Below, in pieces: positions 28,611-39,300 of a stretch of DNA of 64,000 nt. The notes under the pieces are model-generated. The model was not told the origin of the DNA and did not search any database. It was given only the letters and a program-made list of their open reading frames with translations. Within the stretch, counting starts at the first letter, position 1. Every line of letters begins with the position of its first letter. The DNA lies in the NCBI GenBank assembly GCA_965279375.1, contig OZ257156.1, forward strand, positions 1,792,001 to 1,856,000, given 5' to 3'. Origin of the DNA: Gemmatimonas sp. Lineage in GTDB: Bacteria; Gemmatimonadota; Gemmatimonadetes; Gemmatimonadales; Gemmatimonadaceae. The position numbers and the translations under genes were made by a program.

Positions 28611-29902
28611 GCGCAGCGATTCCGTCGGCCTCCGCGACGGCAGCTCCCAAGATTGGAAACTACCGCTGGACCATCTGCGCGCTGCTCTTCTTCGCGACCA
28701 CGATCAACTACATCGATCGGCAGGTGCTGGGGATTCTCGCGCCGACGTTGCAGAAAGAGATCGGATGGACTGAGGTGGACTACGGCAACATCATCTCGTG
28801 GTTCACGGCGGCATACGCGTTAGGGTTTCTCGGCGTCGGCCGCATGATGGACAAGCTGGGAGTACGCGCCGGCTTTGCGATCGCGATCGTGACGTGGAGC
28901 CTCGCGGCGATGGCGCATGCGCTGGCGCGCGGCGTGTCCAGCTTCAGCGCGGCGCGCTTTGCGCTCGGGCTTGGCGAGTCGGGCAACTTTCCGGGCGCCA
29001 TCAAGACCGTGGCCGAGTGGTTCCCGGCAAAGGAGCGTGCGTTCGCGGCCGGTGTGTTTAACGCGGGATCGAACATCGGGGCGATTGCCGCGCCAATTCT
29101 CGTCCCGTGGATTGCACTGCACTGGGGTTGGCGCGAGGCGTTCGTCGTGACGGGCGCGCTGGGGTTCATTTGGCTGGCGTTCTGGCTCGCGATTTATCGC
29201 AATCCGCATCAGCATCCCAAGCTCGGCGCCGCGGAGCTCGCGTACATCAACGAAGGGCAAACACCGGTCAGCCGCTCGGTGCCGTGGAGTGAGTTGCTCA
29301 AGCACCGGCAGACATGGGCGTTCGTGACGGGTAAGGTGATGACCGACGGCATCTGGTGGTTCTATCTCTACTGGCTGCCCAAGTTTCTCGACGCGCGATT
29401 TGGCATTCAGCTTGGCAAGGTCGCGTTGCCGCTGATCGCGATCTATCTCGTGGCCGATGTCGGCTCGGTGGGCGGTGGCTGGCTTTCGGGCGCGTTTCTC
29501 AAGCTGGGGTGGTCGCTCAACAAGGCGCGCAAGATCACGATGCTGATCGCGGCGCTGTTGATCGTGCCCACGATGATTGCGCCCACGATGGGCAATCTCT
29601 GGTCGGCCGTGGCCGTCGTGAGCGTGGCCGCCGCGGCGCATCAGTGGTGGTCGGCCAATCTGTTCACGCTCACCAGCGACATGTTTCCGCGACACGCGGT
29701 CGCGTCGGTGGTCGGTGTGGGTGGCTTCTTCGGCGCACTCGCCGGCGTGGGCTTTCAGCGTCTGACGGGCGTCATGCTGCAGAGCAATGGCAACGATTAT
29801 CGCCCGATCTTCGTCATCTGTGGCCTGGCGTACGTGAGCGCGCTGCTCGTCATCCATCTGCTCGTGCCGCGCCTCGAGCCGGCGAAACTGACGGAGCGGT
29901 AG
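28607..29902 (+). CDS. exuT: MFS hexuronate transporter
   Basis: YRWTICALLFFATTINYIDRQ, GESGNFPGAIKTVAEWFP, WWFYLYWLP. Confidence 0.9.
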   Translation: MSAAIPSASATAAPKIGNYRWTICALLFFATTINYIDRQVLGILAPTLQKEIGWTEVDYGNIISWFTAAYALGFLGVGRMMDKLGVRAGFAIAIVTWSLAAMAHALARGVSSFSAARFALGLGESGNFPGAIKTVAEWFPAKERAFAAGVFNAGSNIGAIAAPILVPWIALHWGWREAFVVTGALGFIWLAFWLAIYRNPHQHPKLGAAELAYINEGQTPVSRSVPWSELLKHRQTWAFVTGKVMTDGIWWFYLYWLPKFLDARFGIQLGKVALPLIAIYLVADVGSVGGGWLSGAFLKLGWSLNKARKITMLIAALLIVPTMIAPTMGNLWSAVAVVSVAAAAHQWWSANLFTLTSDMFPRHAVASVVGVGGFFGALAGVGFQRLTGVMLQSNGNDYRPIFVICGLAYVSALLVIHLLVPRLEPAKLTER

Positions 29903-29904
29903 TC

Positions 29905-31233
29905 ATGTCGGTATCGCCGCGGACGCGGGGCGCGCTCGGTGCGGGAGTCGTCGCACTCCTCGCGGCGCTTTCATCCGCGCTGGCGATGCCGGTGAGTGTT
30001 GCGGCAGCACAAACAGGCTCCACGGCCGCGCTGCCCGGCGCCAGTAAGGAGACGGACACCAAGTCGTTGCTGGCTTCGGCGCGACTGCGCGCGCTCCCCG
30101 CACCGAAACGCGACGCGTGGCTGGCGTACGTGGAGCGCTCGAAGGCCGCGCAGGCTGCGGATCAGGCGCTGCTGCACGGCGAGCTCCAGTCCATCGGCGC
30201 CACGCGCATGACGCGCGCAGCCTTCCGCGCGGCGTCGTTCTCGTTCGATGCGCGGAGCAAGGCCACGTGGCTCGACAGCGATTCCGCACGAGCGATGATC
30301 ACGGCGATGCTGACCTATCAGACGCCGTCGGGCGGCTGGTCCAAGCACATCGACTTCATGCAAGGGCCGCGCGCTCCGGGGCAGAGCTTCTTCTCGGAGA
30401 ACGAGCAGTGGCAGTACATCGCTACGATCGACAACGACGCGACCACGTCGGAGCTGCGGTTTCTCATGCGCGCGATCGCGGCGCGCGGCAATGCCGCCCA
30501 GTCCGAACGCATGCAGGCGTCGGTCGTGCGTGGTGTGCAGTATCTGCTGAACGCGCAGTTCCCGAATGGCTGCTGGCCGCAGGTGTGGCCGCTGCAGGGC
30601 GGCTATCACGACAACGCCACCTTCAACGACGACGCCATCGCGGAAGTGTTGGGTATCCTCGACGAGATCGCGCGCGGTGAGGCGGCGTTCGTGCCCGACT
30701 CGTTGCGCCAGCGCGCGGGAGCCGCGGTGGCCGCAGGTGCGCGTTGTATTCTCGAGGCGCAGGTCCGCGTGGATGGCACATTGACCGTGTGGGGGCAGCA
30801 GCACGATCCGCTGACGCTCGCGCCCACGAGTGCGCGCAGCTACGAACTCACCTCGCTCACGAGCAAGGAGAGCGCGGGCGTGATGGACTTCCTCATGGCG
30901 CACGACACGCTCGACGCACGCATTCCCACCGCACTGGCGGGGGCTGTGGCGTGGCTCGATGGCACCGCTATCGCCGGCATGCGTAGCGCGGGGAAGAACG
31001 GACTCGTTCCTGATGCATCGGCAGGGCAGCTCTGGGCGCGCATGTACGAGATCGGCACCAATCGCCCGATCTTCTCCAATCGCGATGGCATCAAGCTCTA
31101 CGGATTCAACGCACTGACCGATCGTCGCGAAGGGTACGGTTGGTACTCCGATCTGCCGGCGGCCGCGATCAAGCGCTACAGGCAATGGCTTGCCGCCCGC
31201 GGCAAGGCACCTTCCACTTCGAAGCAACGCTGA
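29905..31233 (+). CDS. Pectate lyase, PL10 (PelA/Pel-15E) family, Sec signal
   Basis: QTPSGGWSK, TIDNDAT, QFPNGCWPQVWP, TFNDDA, WGQQHD, ARSYEL, WARMYE, RREGYGWY. Confidence 0.9.
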   Translation: MSVSPRTRGALGAGVVALLAALSSALAMPVSVAAAQTGSTAALPGASKETDTKSLLASARLRALPAPKRDAWLAYVERSKAAQAADQALLHGELQSIGATRMTRAAFRAASFSFDARSKATWLDSDSARAMITAMLTYQTPSGGWSKHIDFMQGPRAPGQSFFSENEQWQYIATIDNDATTSELRFLMRAIAARGNAAQSERMQASVVRGVQYLLNAQFPNGCWPQVWPLQGGYHDNATFNDDAIAEVLGILDEIARGEAAFVPDSLRQRAGAAVAAGARCILEAQVRVDGTLTVWGQQHDPLTLAPTSARSYELTSLTSKESAGVMDFLMAHDTLDARIPTALAGAVAWLDGTAIAGMRSAGKNGLVPDASAGQLWARMYEIGTNRPIFSNRDGIKLYGFNALTDRREGYGWYSDLPAAAIKRYRQWLAARGKAPSTSKQR

Positions 31234-32711
31234 TGTCCGACAAGTCGCTGCAATCGCGTCGGGAGTTTCTCTCGCGCATGGCCGTTGGTGCCATCACGAC
31301 GGCGTCCGGGAGCGCCTGGCTTTCGGCGTGTGCCACATCTACCGCGTCAGCACGAGCAGCGTCCGGCGGCGTGGCGAGTGCTGGGACCGCGACTGGGTCG
31401 GCGGCGGGTTGGTCGGTGGTGCCTGGAATTCTGGCTCGCATCAAGGCACCAGTGATTCCGTCGCGCACCTTCGACGTGACGACCTATGGCGCGGTGGGTG
31501 ACGGGCAAGCCGACTGCAGCGCGGCGATTCGTGCAGCGATTGCAGCCTGTCAGCAGGCAGGTGGCGGTCGCGTGCTCGTACCGGCGGGACGCTATCTCAC
31601 CGGACCGATTCATCTGTCGAGCCGCATGGAGCTGCACGTCGCTCGCAACGCAACACTGCTCTTTCACACCGACCCAGCGCGCTATCTGCCGGCGGTGCTC
31701 ACGCGCTTTGAAGGCGTGGAGCTGTACAACTACTCGCCGCTGATCTACGCGCTCGATGCCGTGGATGTAGCGGTGACGGGTGAAGGAACGCTCGACGGGC
31801 AGGCCGATGCCGACCACTGGTGGCCGTGGAAGGGTGGCAAGGAGTGGGGACGCGGCGACAAGAATCAGCTTGCGGCGCGCGATCGATTGCTGGCGATGAG
31901 CGAGCGGCAGGTACCTGTCGCGCAACGCCAGTTTGGTGAGGGCGACTACCTGCGCTCGTCGTTCGTGCAGATGTATCGATGCCGCAATGTCCTGATCAGT
32001 GGTGTGACCATCGTGCGCTCACCGATGTGGGAGATTCATCCGGTACTGTCGCAGAACGTCATCGTGCGCAACGTGACGATCTCCACGCACGGCCCCAACA
32101 ACGATGGCTGCGACCCGGAGTCGTGCCGCGATGTGCTCATCGAGGGGTGCACCTTCGACACAGGTGACGACTGCATCGCGATCAAGAGTGGACGCAACGC
32201 CGATGGTCGCCGAGTGAATGTGCCGACGGAGAACGTGATCATCCGCAATTGCCGCATGAAGGACGGACATGGTGGCGTGACGATCGGCAGTGAAATCTCG
32301 GGGAGCGTGCGCCACGTGTACGTGGAGCGGTGTGAGATGGACAGTCCATCGCTCGATCGCGCGTTGCGGCTCAAGACCAACGCGATGCGCGGCGGCACCC
32401 TCGAGCACATCTACATGCGCGACGTCACCGTGGGGCAGGTGGCTGATGCCATTCTCTCGATCGACTTCACCTACGAGGAAGGCGCCGCCGGATCGTTCAT
32501 GCCCGTCGTGCGGGACATCGAGATGCAGAACGTCACGAGCACGAAGAGCAAGTACGGCCTCTACCTACGTGGTTTCCCGCAGGCGCCGATCAGCAACGTG
32601 CGCCTCATCGACTGCAAGTGGGTTGGCGTGGCCAAGCCTGATGTACTGGAACATGTGAACGGCCTGAGGCGCACCAACGTGATGGTCAACGGACAGCAGG
32701 TGAAGTCATGA
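31233..32711 (+). CDS. GH28 (exo-)polygalacturonase with Tat-lipoprotein signal
   Basis: SRREFL plus LSAC; NNDGCDPES, TGDDCIAIKSG, GHGGVTIGSE, RLKTN. Confidence 0.92.
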   Translation: MSDKSLQSRREFLSRMAVGAITTASGSAWLSACATSTASARAASGGVASAGTATGSAAGWSVVPGILARIKAPVIPSRTFDVTTYGAVGDGQADCSAAIRAAIAACQQAGGGRVLVPAGRYLTGPIHLSSRMELHVARNATLLFHTDPARYLPAVLTRFEGVELYNYSPLIYALDAVDVAVTGEGTLDGQADADHWWPWKGGKEWGRGDKNQLAARDRLLAMSERQVPVAQRQFGEGDYLRSSFVQMYRCRNVLISGVTIVRSPMWEIHPVLSQNVIVRNVTISTHGPNNDGCDPESCRDVLIEGCTFDTGDDCIAIKSGRNADGRRVNVPTENVIIRNCRMKDGHGGVTIGSEISGSVRHVYVERCEMDSPSLDRALRLKTNAMRGGTLEHIYMRDVTVGQVADAILSIDFTYEEGAAGSFMPVVRDIEMQNVTSTKSKYGLYLRGFPQAPISNVRLIDCKWVGVAKPDVLEHVNGLRRTNVMVNGQQVKS

Positions 32712-33874
32712 AGCGAATCCCCGCCGCACTGCTCTGTCTCGCGATGTCGGCGCTTGGCAGCACCGCCGTCGCGCAACGCGCCAAGCCCGCCGCCACCTCG
32801 TGGACAGTGCGCATGACCGATGCGGTGATGTCGCGCAGTCCGCAAACGAGCACGCGCTGGGACTATACGGCGGGGCTCGTGCTGTTGGCCGTGCATCGCG
32901 TGGGTCTGGCAACGGGCGATCCGAAGTACGCGGCTTATGTACAGCGCAACATGGATCAGTTCGTGGACGCGCAGGGGACCATCGTTGGCTACAAGCAGGG
33001 CGACTTCAACCTTGACCAGATCAATCAGGGGCGGCTGCTCTTTCCGCTGTTGTCCCGTACGCGTGATGCGCGCTACCGCACCGCGATCGAAACGTTGCGC
33101 GCGCAGCTTCGCGCGCAGCCGCGCACGAGCGACGGCGGCTTCTGGCACAAGCAGATCTATCCGCAGCAGATGTGGCTGGATGGGCTCTACATGGCGGAGC
33201 CGTTTTACGTCACCTACGCCAAGACGTACGGCGATACCGCCGCGTTCTCCGACGCGCTGCACCAGTTCCTGCTGCTCGCTGCGCGCGCACGTGATCCCAA
33301 GACTGGTCTCATGTATCACGCATGGGACGCGGCGCACACGCAGCCCTGGGCAGACTCGCTGACAGGCAATTCGCCCAACTTTTGGGGACGCGCGGTGGGC
33401 TGGTATCTCATGGCCGCCATGGATGTGCTCGACGAAGTGCCCGCGTCGCATCCGGATCGCGGTGCACTGCTCGAGGTCGTGCGCGAACTCGCTGCTTCGG
33501 TTGCACGCGTGCAGGATCCCGTCAGCGGACTCTGGTATCAGGTACTCGATCAGCCGGCGCGACGCGGTAACTATCGCGAGGCATCGGCGTCGAGCATGTT
33601 CGTGTACGCCTTTGCCAAAGGGGCGCGCAACGGCTGGTTGGACACGCGCTATCGTGCACTCGCAGCGCGCGGCTTTGACGGATTGGTGCGCGAGTTGGTG
33701 AAGACCGACAGCGCCGGACGTCCTTCGCTCACCGGCGTTTGCTCCGTCGCGGGGCTTGGCGGCGCCACTCGACGCGATGGCTCCTTCGCCTACTACATCA
33801 GTGAGCCAGTCGTCGCGGATGACTACAAGGGACTCGGTCCGTTCATCATGGCAGCGCTGGAGCTTGGTAAGTGA
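32708..33874 (+). CDS. GH105 unsaturated (rhamno)galacturonyl hydrolase (YteR-like)
   Basis: WDYTAG, GGFWHKQIYPQQMWLDGLYMA, FWGRAVGW, EASASSM, DDYKGLGPFIMA. Confidence 0.92.
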   Translation: MKRIPAALLCLAMSALGSTAVAQRAKPAATSWTVRMTDAVMSRSPQTSTRWDYTAGLVLLAVHRVGLATGDPKYAAYVQRNMDQFVDAQGTIVGYKQGDFNLDQINQGRLLFPLLSRTRDARYRTAIETLRAQLRAQPRTSDGGFWHKQIYPQQMWLDGLYMAEPFYVTYAKTYGDTAAFSDALHQFLLLAARARDPKTGLMYHAWDAAHTQPWADSLTGNSPNFWGRAVGWYLMAAMDVLDEVPASHPDRGALLEVVRELAASVARVQDPVSGLWYQVLDQPARRGNYREASASSMFVYAFAKGARNGWLDTRYRALAARGFDGLVRELVKTDSAGRPSLTGVCSVAGLGGATRRDGSFAYYISEPVVADDYKGLGPFIMAALELGK

Positions 33875-34632
33875 CGTCTCGTTTTTCGCTCGTCGGCAAG
33901 CGCGCGTTGGTAACCGGCGCCAGTCGTGGACTTGGTCGCGCCGCTGCAATCGCGCTCGCTGAGGCCGGTGCCGATGTGATCTGTGCCGCCTCCGAAGCGA
34001 GCCGAGCTGATGAAACTGCGCTTGCGGTGCGCGCGCTTGGTGTGCAGGCGTGGACGTTGGGCGCGGACTTGAGCGATCCGGCCGCGGCGCGCACGTTGGC
34101 GCATGACGCGGACGCGCTGGGCGCGCCGATCGACGTGCTGGTCAACAACGCCGGGACGATTCGACGACATCCCGCCGTCTCCTATCCCATGGAGGACTGG
34201 CAGTATGTGCTGCGCACGAATCTCGATTCCACGTGGGCGTTGTGTCAGGAGATCGGGCGTGGCATGGTGACACGTCGTAGCGGCAAGATCATCAACATCG
34301 CGTCGCTGCTTTCGTTCAGCGGAGGTGTGACCGTGCCCGCGTACACCGCAAGCAAGCATGCCGTGGCCGGTCTGACCAAGGCGCTGGCCAACGAGTGGGC
34401 CGCGCATGGCGTGCAGGTGAACGCCATCGCGCCCGGCTACTTTCGCACGGACAACACGCAGGCGTTGCAGGACAACCCGCAGCGCTCGCATGATATCAGC
34501 GCGCGCATTCCCGCCGGTCGTTGGGGAGAGCCTGACGACATCTCCGGTTCGATCCTCTTTCTCGCGTCATCGGCCAGTGACTACGTGAACGGTCACGTAC
34601 TCACCGTCGATGGTGGATGGATGGCCCGATGA
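33871..34632 (+). CDS. kduD: 2-dehydro-3-deoxy-D-gluconate 5-dehydrogenase (SDR)
   Basis: TGASRGLG, NNAGTIRR, YTASK, ANEWA, VDGGWMAR C-terminus. Confidence 0.88.
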   Translation: MTSRFSLVGKRALVTGASRGLGRAAAIALAEAGADVICAASEASRADETALAVRALGVQAWTLGADLSDPAAARTLAHDADALGAPIDVLVNNAGTIRRHPAVSYPMEDWQYVLRTNLDSTWALCQEIGRGMVTRRSGKIINIASLLSFSGGVTVPAYTASKHAVAGLTKALANEWAAHGVQVNAIAPGYFRTDNTQALQDNPQRSHDISARIPAGRWGEPDDISGSILFLASSASDYVNGHVLTVDGGWMAR

Positions 34633-36122
34633 TCATCGCGATCGTTGCTGCCGTTGCGGTACTCGGCGCGAACAATCCCGTCGTCCAGACAGCGCGCGCC
34701 GATACGCTGCCGTGGGCTGGTATCGTCGATGCCGCGTACGCGGGCGCGTCGGGTGCGCCATCGCCGGCGGGCATTCCGATGTTCCGGAGCGTGGGGGATG
34801 CGCTCACGCAGCTCTCGGTGAATGGCGGCACACGCACTGTCGTATTCATCAAGAACGGACGCTATCGCGAGAAGCTCACGATCGATCGGCCGCGCGTGAC
34901 GCTGCGCGGAGAAAGCCGCGACGGTGTTGTGCTGACCTTCGACGCGACGGCCGATACGCCGGCGCCCGGTGGCAGCACCTACGGCACGCGTGGCAGCTAC
35001 ACGTTGCGCATCGTGGCACCGGATTTCCGCGCCGAACATCTGACGATCGAGAACTCGTTCGACTATCCGACGAATGCCGCCAAGGCAGCGGACGACCCCA
35101 CCAAGGCAAAGAACGCGCAGGCCGTGGCGCTCATGACCGACCTGGGAAGCGATCGGGCGGTCTTCGAGGATGTCAGAATCCTCGGGCATCAGGACACGCT
35201 CTTTGCCAACAGCGGGCGCGCGTGGTTTCATGGCTGCGAGATCGCCGGCAGCGTGGACTTCATCTTTGGCGCCGGTCGCGCGGTGTTCGAGCAGTGCGAC
35301 ATCATCTCGCGCGATCGCGGCAGTGCGACGAACAACGGCTACGTGACGGCGCCGAGTACCGACAGCACGCAGGAGTACGGCTTCCTCTTTCTGCGCAGTC
35401 ATTTGAAGAAGGAGCGCGCGTCGATGGCTGCGGCGTCGGTGACGCTGGGGCGGCCGTGGCATCCCTTCGCGGATCCCAAGGTGCAGGGGAGCAGCGTGTT
35501 CATCGAGTGCGAGATGGACGACCACATCGGTGCGAAGGGGTGGGATCGCATGTCGAGCGTGGACTCCACCGGCACGCGCATCTGGTATGAGCCCGAATCG
35601 GCGCGGTTCTTCGAGTACGGCACACGTGGCGCCGGCGCCGTTCGGAGCCCGACGCGCCGCCTGTTGAAGAAGAAGGAGGCGGAGCGGTACACGCTGGCCG
35701 CCGTCTTCGGCGACTGGAATCCGGACCCGACGCGGCGGGTGGCGAAGGAGCGCGACGAGAAGCGCCCGCCGAGCCCGAGCGGGATGCAAGGATGGGTGGC
35801 CGACCAGAAGGCGCTCGATCAGCGTCCGCCGGCCGGGCGGGTGGAGGATCTGTTCGAAGGCCGATTCCCCGGGGTGCAGGTTCGCAGTATCGACGGCGGC
35901 ATCGTGGTGCAGATCCGGGGCATCCGAACGTTTAGCGGCAACACATACCCGCTCTACGTGATCGACGGGCTGCCGATCGAAGTCGGGCCGGACGGACTGA
36001 TCGGGCTCAACCCGTCGGACGTGGCGCGGATCGAGGTGCTCAAGGATCCGGCGGCGCTGGCGATGTACGGGTCGCGCGCGGCGAACGGCGTGGTGGTGAT
36101 CAAGACGAAGGGCGGGCGCTAG
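34629..36122 (+). CDS. CE8 pectin methylesterase fused to a C-terminal SusC-type TonB plug domain
   Basis: GRYREK, QAVAL, QDTL, DFIFG, LGRPW; after GDWNP the frame continues into PGVQV..IRG..PLYVIDG..LNPSDVARIEVLKD..YGSRAANGVVVIKTK. Confidence 0.9.
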   Translation: MIIAIVAAVAVLGANNPVVQTARADTLPWAGIVDAAYAGASGAPSPAGIPMFRSVGDALTQLSVNGGTRTVVFIKNGRYREKLTIDRPRVTLRGESRDGVVLTFDATADTPAPGGSTYGTRGSYTLRIVAPDFRAEHLTIENSFDYPTNAAKAADDPTKAKNAQAVALMTDLGSDRAVFEDVRILGHQDTLFANSGRAWFHGCEIAGSVDFIFGAGRAVFEQCDIISRDRGSATNNGYVTAPSTDSTQEYGFLFLRSHLKKERASMAAASVTLGRPWHPFADPKVQGSSVFIECEMDDHIGAKGWDRMSSVDSTGTRIWYEPESARFFEYGTRGAGAVRSPTRRLLKKKEAERYTLAAVFGDWNPDPTRRVAKERDEKRPPSPSGMQGWVADQKALDQRPPAGRVEDLFEGRFPGVQVRSIDGGIVVQIRGIRTFSGNTYPLYVIDGLPIEVGPDGLIGLNPSDVARIEVLKDPAALAMYGSRAANGVVVIKTKGGR

Positions 36123-36178
36123 CGCTCGCCCTGGGGCGTGACTGTGAGGTATGGACAAAACCTCTGGTCGCGCCCATG

Positions 36179-36199
36179 TTTGTTCCGTAGAAAGACAAA
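36179..36199. promoter_or_regulatory. Putative ROK operator 2 (upstream of susC)
   Basis: TTTGTT-CCGTAGAAA-GACAAA. Confidence 0.65.
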
Positions 36200-36245
36200 A
36201 GCCACGTTTGTGAGTAGTCGCAAAGGCCGCGAGCCAAACGTCGCA

Positions 36246-36266
36246 ATTGTTCGCTCACGGAACAAA
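36246..36266. promoter_or_regulatory. Putative ROK operator 3 (upstream of susC)
   Basis: ATTGTT-CGCTCACGG-AACAAA. Confidence 0.65.
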
Positions 36267-36387
36267 CAATGATCGGTTGCCCTCCTCCCCGGCTGCCGAT
36301 CGCGCGCCTCCGGCCGCTGCCTCCGGGTTTCCCGGTCTCCCCGCAGCAGACGAGCGCATTCGACTTTTCCCTCGAGGATTGACCGTC

Positions 36388-39300
36388 ATGCGTTGGAACT
36401 GGAGGCTCGGCTCGGCTTTCATCGCCGCGTTTGCGCTCGCCGCTCAGCCTGCCGCGGCGCAGCAGGCGACCGGGCGCATCACCGGCATCATCGTCAGTGA
36501 AGGCGCCGGAACGCCACTGACCAGCGTCGGTGTCGGGGTGGTCGGCACGTCGCTTGGTGCACGCACCGGCACGGATGGCCGCTACACCATCGTGAACCTG
36601 GCCCCCGGACGCTACATCCTGCGCGCGCAGCTCATCGGCTACGCGGCGCGGATCGACACGGTCACCGTCGGCATCGGGCAGACGGTCACCGCGGACTTCA
36701 AGCTCAAGCCGGTGAACGTCACGCTCGATCAGGTGGTCGTGGTCGGCTACGGCACGCAGAAGCGCTCCGACCTGACGGGTTCAGTCACCTCGGTGCAGCC
36801 CAACGTCGATCGCACCCCGATCACCTCTGTCGAACAGACGCTGCAGGGTACCGCACCCGGCGTGCAGGTGACGCAGGCGTCGTCGGCGCCGGGCGGCGGC
36901 ATGTCGATTCGCATCCGCGGCGGCTCGTCGGTCAACGGCAACAACGAACCGCTCTACGTCATCGACGGCTTCCCGGTGGAGAACGATTTCTCCACGTCGA
37001 GCTCGCTGGACGGTGGTCGCGCTGGCACGACGCCGTCGAATCCGCTCGCCGCGCTCAACCCGAACGACATCGCGTCCATCGAAATTCTCAAGGACGCATC
37101 GGCGACGGCCATCTATGGATCGCGCGGCGCCAACGGCGTCGTACTCATCACCACCAAGCGTGGCGATGGATCGAAGCCCAAGCTCGCGATCGATGTCTAC
37201 CAGGGCCAGCAGGTGGTGGCGCATCGCTATGAACTGCTCAACGGCACCGAATTCGCGCAGTTTGCCAACGCGTGGGCCGCGACGCAGAACCTGACGCAGC
37301 CGTTTGCCGACCCGACGGTCTTTGGTGCGGGCACGGACTGGCAGGATCGCATCTTCCGTCAGGCATCCATCCAGAACGCGCAGCTCAGCATCTCCGGCGG
37401 CTCGTCGTCCAAGAACGCGACGCGCTATTCGCTCTCGGGGGGCGTTTTCCAGCAGCAGGGCGTGGTCGACAACTCCGACTTCAAGCGCCTCTCGATGCGT
37501 GCGACGCTCGACCAGATGGTGGGTGAGAAGCTCAAGCTCGGCTCCAACGTGCTCGTGTCGCGCGTGAACAGCTCGCAGATCCCGACGGACGGCGCGCTCA
37601 ACGCGAACGCCGGCGCCGTGGGTGCCGCGCTGCAGTATCCGTCGATCATGAACCCGTATCGCGCCGACGGCACCTACACGCTGCTCGGCACGGACTTCCC
37701 CAAGGCACTGCTCGACCTCGGCATCTCGGCGGGCAACGTCCCCAACCCGATGGCGTCCGCGCTCGAAGTGAATGACAAGCTGTTCGACACGCGCGTGCTG
37801 GCCAACGTCGCTGGCGACTACAAGCTGCCCTTCGGATTCAGCTGGCGTTCGACGGTCGGCAGCGATCTCTCGTTCCGCGGTCGCGATACGTACTATCCGC
37901 GCACCACGCTGCAGGGCTTTGGTCAGAACGGTCGCGCCATTCGCGGCACGACCAACAACACCAGCTTCCTCAACGAAAACACGCTCAACTGGAACAAGAG
38001 CTTCGGTTCGGCGCATGTGATCTCGGCGGTGGCCGGCTACTCGCGTCAGAAGCTCAACTCCACGCGCACCGACATGCGCAACAGCAACTTCGTCAGTGAT
38101 ATCACCGGCTTCGAGAACATCGGTGCTGGTGCGCAGGCGGGCGGCGCCAACGTGTCGTCGGGACGTACGCAATGGACCTTGGCCTCGTATCTGGGCCGAG
38201 TGAACTACACGCTGCTCGACCGCTACCTGTTCTCGGTCAGCGGTCGCCGCGATGGATCGTCGCGGTTTGGTGCGGACAACCGATGGGGTGTCTTTCCCGC
38301 AGGCGCGCTCGGCTGGCGTCTGTCGGAAGAGCCGTTCATGCGTCGCTTCAGCTGGATCAACAACCTCAAGCTGCGCGCGACGTACGGTGAAGTCGGCAAC
38401 CCGTCGATCTCTCCTTATCAGTCGCTCACGCGATTGACCGCCCAGCAGTACACGTTCAACGGCGCGCTGGCCCCGGGCTACTATCCCGCAGCGATCGGTA
38501 ACCCGACGCTGAGCTGGGAGTCCACCAAGCAGACGGACCTCGGTCTCGACCTGAGCGCCTTCAGCGGTCGCATCGACATCACCGTGGACCAGTACCGCAA
38601 GAAGACAGATAACCTGCTGCTGCAGATCGACCTGCCGTCGGAAGTCGGCTATCCGAGCGCGTTCGTCAACGCCGGCTCGATCGAGAACAAGGGTTTCGAA
38701 GCGGGCGTGACCGTCAAGCTGTTCGACGCCGAAGCGAAGACCGGCTTCCGCTGGTCCACCACGTTCAACTACACGCGCAACCGTAACCGTGTGCTCGATC
38801 TCGGTGGCGTGAGCCGCATCTTCCCCACGCAGCAGACCGCGTCGGATATCAACGCCACGTCAAGCGTGGTGCAGGTGGGTCAGCCAATCGGCGCCTTCTT
38901 CGGATTCAAGACGGGCGACCTGTTCCGCGACTCCACGACGCTCAACGCGTGGCGCGCCAAGACCCGCTTTGCCAGTGGCACGGCGCCGGGACTCGGCAAC
39001 CGCATGTACATCGACATCAATGGTGACAGCATCATCGACGCCAACGATCGCACGATCATCGGCGACCCGACGCCCAAGTACGTCGTCGGCTGGAGCAACA
39101 ACATCTCGTGGAAGGGTTTCGACCTCAGCGCCCTCATCGATGGTGTGCAGGGCAACAAGATCCTCAACCTGAACAACCTGCGCCTCAACGGCGCGTCGCC
39201 AGCGCTCAACGTGACGGCGGAGCGCTTCTACGACGCGTGGAGCCCGACCAACCCGGACGGCAAGTATCAGCGCGTGGGCGCGGGTGCCGGCTTCCTGAAC

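Noticed and set aside
29356..29904. N-terminal extension of the first PL10 overlapping exuT
   Set aside because: Out-of-frame overlap; the signal peptide begins at ATG 29905, just after the exuT stop.
35840..36122. Plug domain as the 5' fragment of a frameshifted susC pseudogene
   Set aside because: The downstream susC is complete with its own signal peptide and plug, and the intervening DNA holds operators rather than barrel remnants.
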